Source of the DNA: Vulcanimicrobiota bacterium
Lineage (GTDB): Bacteria > Vulcanimicrobiota > Vulcanimicrobiia > Vulcanimicrobiales > Vulcanimicrobiaceae
Assembly (NCBI GenBank): GCA_963795855.1
Contig: CAWCIZ010000006.1
Coordinates: 90,877-154,876 of the forward strand
Direction: 5' to 3'
Length of the DNA: 64,000 nucleotides
The notes below the pieces were generated by a model, which was not told the DNA's origin, did not search any database, and worked only from the letters and a program-made list of their open reading frames with translations. The translations under genes and the position numbers were made by a program. Below, one piece after another: positions 59,865-64,000 of this stretch (its first letter is position 1; each line of letters opens with the position of its first letter).

Positions 59865-61274
59865 TTATCCGTGCGCGGCAGCCATACCTCGCAGCAATTC
59901 CCACGCCGCGGCTACGTCCTCGCGCGTCGTCCGAAGGTTTCCGATGGCCAAGCGAAGCGCGTAGACCTCGCCAAGCTTGGTATGGGAGAGAAAAACCTCG
60001 CCGCCTGCGTTCACCCGTTCCATGATGGACGCGTTCAAACGCTCTAGATCGGCTTGCGCCAAGCCCGGCGGCGCATACCGGAAACACACCACCGAGAACG
60101 GATGCGGGGCGAGCACTTCCCAGTGCGGTTCGGCTTTCACCCAGTCCGCGAACTCCTGGGCCAGCGCGATATGGGCGCGTAACCGTTCGCGCAGACCCTG
60201 CGCACCGAAGTAGCGCAGCACGAACCAGAGTTTGAGCGCGCGGAAACGCCGGCCGAGCTGGAGCCCGTAATCCATGTAATTGCGCACGGATTCTTCCGGC
60301 GTGCGCAGGTACTCCGGAACCAAACTAAAGGTGCGCCGCAGTAATTCGAGATCCCGAACGTAGAGCGCGGAGCAGTCCATGGGAACGAATAGCCATTTGT
60401 GCGGATTGACGACGATCGAATCGGCCCGATCGGCTCCCGCGAGCACCCACCGGAACTCCGGCATGATGGCGGCGACGCCGGCATATGCGGCGTCCACGTG
60501 CAGCCAGACCTTGCGCTGGCCCGCGATGTCGGCGATAGCCTCGATCGGATCGCGCGATGTGGTCGACGTCGTCCCCGCAGTTGCCGCGATCGCCATGGGC
60601 CGCATCCCGGCTGCGACGTCCGCCTCTATGCGCGCGGCGAGATCGTTTGCGGACATGCGAAACTCCGCGTCGCTCGCGACGCGCACGACGTTCTCGCGGC
60701 CGACGCCCAGCGCGATGCACGCCTTTTCGATGTGCGAATGCGTGTGTTCCGTTACGTAGACGCGCAGGCGCGGAAGGTCGCGCGCAGTCATGCCGTGCTC
60801 GCGAACGCCGAGGTTCAACGACTCGCGCGCAGCCGCGAGCGCGGTAAATCCGCCAATCGAAGCCGTGTCGTAGATGATGCCGGTATAGTCGTCGGACAGC
60901 CCCATGAGCCGCCCGAGCCAGCGCATCACGACTTCTTCGAGTTCCGTTGCGGACGGCGACGTGCGCCAGAGCATCGCCTTTACGTCGAGCGCGGCCGCAA
61001 GCGCCTCCGCAGCGACCGCGACCGGCGCAGCACTCGTCGCGAAGTACGCGAAGAAGCGCGGACTGTTCCAATGCGTGATCCCGGGAAGAATGATGCGTTC
61101 AAAATCCGCCATCAGCCGCCCGAACGGCTCGCCGGTTTCCGGAGCGCTTTTCGGCAGCTGCGCCGCGATGTCGCCGGGCTGCACCTGCGAGAGCACCGGA
61201 TACGATTGCGCGTCGGCAAGATAGCCGTCGATCCACTGCGCGACTGCGTCGAATTCGCTTTGGAACGTCTGCAC
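59865..61274 (-). CDS. Aromatic-L-amino-acid decarboxylase family (group II PLP)
   Basis: PGITHWNSPRFFAYF, HVDAAYAG, NPHKWL, LGRRFRALKLWF. Confidence 0.92.
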   Translation of the reverse strand: MQTFQSEFDAVAQWIDGYLADAQSYPVLSQVQPGDIAAQLPKSAPETGEPFGRLMADFERIILPGITHWNSPRFFAYFATSAAPVAVAAEALAAALDVKAMLWRTSPSATELEEVVMRWLGRLMGLSDDYTGIIYDTASIGGFTALAAARESLNLGVREHGMTARDLPRLRVYVTEHTHSHIEKACIALGVGRENVVRVASDAEFRMSANDLAARIEADVAAGMRPMAIAATAGTTSTTSRDPIEAIADIAGQRKVWLHVDAAYAGVAAIMPEFRWVLAGADRADSIVVNPHKWLFVPMDCSALYVRDLELLRRTFSLVPEYLRTPEESVRNYMDYGLQLGRRFRALKLWFVLRYFGAQGLRERLRAHIALAQEFADWVKAEPHWEVLAPHPFSVVCFRYAPPGLAQADLERLNASIMERVNAGGEVFLSHTKLGEVYALRLAIGNLRTTREDVAAAWELLRGMAAAHG

Positions 61275-61313
61275 GAGCGGAGTATATCAGCTGCGGCTTG
61301 AAACGGCCACGCC

Positions 61314-61682
61314 ATGATACGCACCGACAAAGCGCCGGCACCGATTGGGCCGTACAGCCAAGCGATTTTGTCCGGCGACGAACTCTTTTGTTCGGGCCAG
61401 ATCGCGATCGATCCGGCCACGGGTGAGTTGACCGGGGCCGACGCGGCGTCGCAAGCCGATCGGGTGCTGCGCAATCTCGGAGCGGTGCTGCAGGCCGCCG
61501 GAATGGATTACCGCAACGTCGTGAAGACGACGGTGTTCGTCATCGACATGAACGATTTTGCCGCGGTGAACGAGGTGTACGCAAAGTACTTCAGCGAGGC
61601 GAAACCCGCCCGTTCAACCGTCGCGGCGGCGGCGCTGCCGAAGGGTGCGCGCGTCGAGATTGAAGCGATCGCGAAACGCTGA
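61314..61682 (+). CDS. ridA: RidA/YjgF enamine deaminase
   Basis: APAPIGPYSQA, SGQI, VVKTTVF, PARSTV, LPKGARVEIE. Confidence 0.93.
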   Translation: MIRTDKAPAPIGPYSQAILSGDELFCSGQIAIDPATGELTGADAASQADRVLRNLGAVLQAAGMDYRNVVKTTVFVIDMNDFAAVNEVYAKYFSEAKPARSTVAAAALPKGARVEIEAIAKR

Positions 61683-61695
61683 CGACCCGAGGTCG

Positions 61696-62898
61696 CTAGG
61701 GCTTTGACGTGGCGCGCGGCGCGCGCAGGAGTGTGGCAACACGCTGCTGAGCCATCCGCTGCACGTCCGGATCGAGATCGTCGGCGCCAGCCGCAGCTTG
61801 ATACTGCTGCTCCGCCATCGGCTCGTTGCCTTCGTGCTGGTACGCATCGCCGAGCAGAAAATGCAGACGCCCGTCCATGGGTGCAACGGCCAGGCCTTTG
61901 ACGAGCGCTGCCTGCGCGAGTTGGTACAACCCGTGAATGTTGTACGTGTAGCCGAGATCGATGTAAGCATCCGGTGAATACGGGTACACCGTCATCGCTT
62001 GCACGTACAGCGAGATCGCCTTTTTCCAGTCGCCGTTGACGTCCGCAAGATACCCGAGATTGACGAGCGCTTCCGAATGCTCGGGCGCCATCTTGCGGGC
62101 TTCATTGAGAATCGAAGACGCGAGCGGATAGTTTCCGCTTTCCAGATACGTCGCGCCAAGATTATCGGAGCAAGCGTAATTGTAGCCGTCGTGTTTGAGG
62201 CACTGTTTGAAGTACCCGACGGCCTGATCGTATTGCCGTTCGTCCATATACGCTAGGCCGAGCCCGTTCAAGGCCATCAGCGATTCGGGATCGTTGTCGA
62301 GCGCGCGACGGTAATACGCCAGCGCGAGCTGCGGCTGGTGAATGGACTCGTAGAGTTGGGCCAGTTCGAGCTGCGCGTCCGCATCCGTCGGGAAGTTTCT
62401 GGCGATCGTTTCGCGCTCGCGCTTGTACGCCTTAAAATCGCCTTTACGCAGATGCAGCTGCACCAAGTCGGGAACGGAATCGGTTCCGGGCAAACTGCGG
62501 TTGAACTCGTTGATGGCATCGTCGATACGGTTTTCCGTAGCATAGACGGAGCCCAAGCGGCTGTGCGTGTCTTTGTCGAGCGGCGCGTACGCAAGGATGT
62601 GCGAGTACGTCGACTGCGCTTTGTTCAAGTCGCCGCGGCGGTAGTAGAGATCGCCGAGCAGACGTTCCGGCGCGATTTCGCCCGGATGACCCGCCACGTA
62701 GGTTGCGAGCCCCGAAATAGCGCCGTTGATATCGCCCGCAGCCACCCGTTCGCGCGCGTGATCGATAGCGCCCTGCGGATCGGAGGGAAGAATTGCACGA
62801 AACTCCGGATTGACTTCAACCGTCGTCGCGCGTGCAGCGCCAAACGCGCCGCAGCAAAGGGCCGCCGCGCCCACGAGCACCATCAGTAGTCGGCGCAT
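61696..62898 (-). CDS. Exported TPR-repeat protein
   Basis: Signal peptide; many TPR units (ALNGLGLAY, ALVNLGYL, AYIDLGYTY). Confidence 0.88.
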   Translation of the reverse strand: MRRLLMVLVGAAALCCGAFGAARATTVEVNPEFRAILPSDPQGAIDHARERVAAGDINGAISGLATYVAGHPGEIAPERLLGDLYYRRGDLNKAQSTYSHILAYAPLDKDTHSRLGSVYATENRIDDAINEFNRSLPGTDSVPDLVQLHLRKGDFKAYKRERETIARNFPTDADAQLELAQLYESIHQPQLALAYYRRALDNDPESLMALNGLGLAYMDERQYDQAVGYFKQCLKHDGYNYACSDNLGATYLESGNYPLASSILNEARKMAPEHSEALVNLGYLADVNGDWKKAISLYVQAMTVYPYSPDAYIDLGYTYNIHGLYQLAQAALVKGLAVAPMDGRLHFLLGDAYQHEGNEPMAEQQYQAAAGADDLDPDVQRMAQQRVATLLRAPRATSKP

Positions 62899-62981
62899 AG
62901 CACCATCCTCCGAGTCCGTTCTTTATCTTAGCGCGAAAACGCGCTGCAAGCGAGAACTGTGACGGGCGGCGCTTGCTTGGG

Positions 62982-64000
62982 CTACTTCGCGAGCGGCAGC
63001 ACGTTGCTCGGGGTCAGCGGATAGAACGTCATGATGACCACCAGCGCGACGCAAATGCCGACCGTCACGTATGCGAGCGGTAAAGGCGCGGCCGGCACGC
63101 GCTCCGGCTTGGCGTGCCGATCGTACATGAGGCGGATCACTTTGAAGTACGCGTACAGCGAGATCGCCGTTCCGGCCACGAGCAACCCCGCAAGCCAAGC
63201 AAAGCCGGTGTTAACGTTCGTCGAGAGAATCAGGATTTTTCCGAGGAAGCCGGCCGTCGGCGGAAAGCCGGCGAGCGCGAGGAGGAAAAACGTCATCACT
63301 GCCGCGAGCGCGGGACGGCGCAACGCCAAACCGCGGAACGACTCGATGCGGGAACCTTCGTCGGCATCGGTCGGCGAACATAATGCCACAACCGCGAATG
63401 CGCCCAGATTCATGAACATGTACGCGACCAGATAATAGATCGCGTATCTGACGCCGAGCGCGCTCGTACCGGCCAGCGCGGCCACAATGTATCCGATTTG
63501 CGCGATGCCGGAATACGCCAGCAGGCGTTTCATGTCGGTTTGCGCCAGCATGCCGAGGTTTCCGGCAAGCATCGAAATGCCCGCGATAACGAAGAACGGC
63601 GCGAGGAGCGCATGCGAGGCGCCGGCAGGCAATGCGTAAGCAAAGCGCGCGAAAACCGCCAGCGCTCCGGCTTTCGTAACGACGCTCATGAACGCGGTGA
63701 TTGGGAGCGGCGCTCCTTCGTACACGTCCGGCGACCAAACGTGGAACGGGACGAGGCTGAGTTTGAAGCCCAAACCGACGAGAAAGAGTCCGCCGCCGAT
63801 CCAGTAGAGCGGATTCGCCGCAAGCGCGGCATTCGTGAACGACGAGAGCGTCACGCTTCCGGAAGCGCCGAACAGCATCGCCATGCCGAACAGCAAGAAT
63901 CCCGAAGCGGTCGACGAGAGGATGAGGTACTTCAGCCCCGACTCGCGCGATACCGGCCGATCCGCGATCGCGCACAGGCAGTACAGCGCGAGCGAAAGCA
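62982..64000 (-). CDS. nuoN: NADH-quinone oxidoreductase subunit N, 5' truncated by the window edge
   Basis: ESGLKYLIL upstream; GFKLSLVPFHVWSPDVYEGAP, KRLLAYSGIAQ, LAGFPPTAGFLGK. Confidence 0.93.
   Translation of the reverse strand, partial: LSLALYCLCAIADRPVSRESGLKYLILSSTASGFLLFGMAMLFGASGSVTLSSFTNAALAANPLYWIGGGLFLVGLGFKLSLVPFHVWSPDVYEGAPLPITAFMSVVTKAGALAVFARFAYALPAGASHALLAPFFVIAGISMLAGNLGMLAQTDMKRLLAYSGIAQIGYIVAALAGTSALGVRYAIYYLVAYMFMNLGAFAVVALCSPTDADEGSRIESFRGLALRRPALAAVMTFFLLALAGFPPTAGFLGKILILSTNVNTGFAWLAGLLVAGTAISLYAYFKVIRLMYDRHAKPERVPAAPLPLAYVTVGICVALVVIMTFYPLTPSNVLPLAK

Noticed and set aside
1..64000. CRISPR arrays, prophage, transposases, rRNA, defence systems, and the many Arg/Ala-rich overlapping ORFs
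   Set aside because: No spaced repeats or hallmark motifs were seen; the overlapping ORFs are high-GC shadow frames of better-supported genes

Overview
High-GC chromosomal window, mostly housekeeping and envelope genes, from a Terrabacteria-like bacterium with an outer membrane. The mix of tilS-hpt-ftsH and yabE/rpfB-rsmA synteny, a Gram-positive-type LexA box, an M-box riboswitch and TonB/ExbBD genes suggests Candidatus Eremiobacterota/Vulcanimicrobiota; this is inference, not verified. Left to right: TPR-ExbB-ExbD-ExbD-TonB-TonB operon; rluB/DAHP synthase; rho; an RNase H-fold gene plus mpg behind a LexA box; glycosyltransferases; a ~240 nt structured intergenic element before yabE/rpfB; two exported M16-like proteins lacking HXXEH behind ftsH; smpB, moeA, serS, tRNA-Ser(TGA); kynA/kynU-like; a ~10.6 kb divergent chaperone-usher/WxL-like pilus operon (usher-like protein, chaperone, three pilin-like subunits, ~1500 aa tip protein) back-to-back with a solitary flagellin-like gene; M-box riboswitch with MgtE cytosolic domain and NRAMP-like transporter; GGDEF, PucR, a divergent GS-like enzyme, hybrid kinase, aromatic amino acid decarboxylase, ridA, partial nuoN. 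Many single-base frameshifts suggest uncorrected indels in the assembly. No CRISPR array, rRNA, integrase or transposase was seen. All product calls come from motif recognition by eye, with no database searches.
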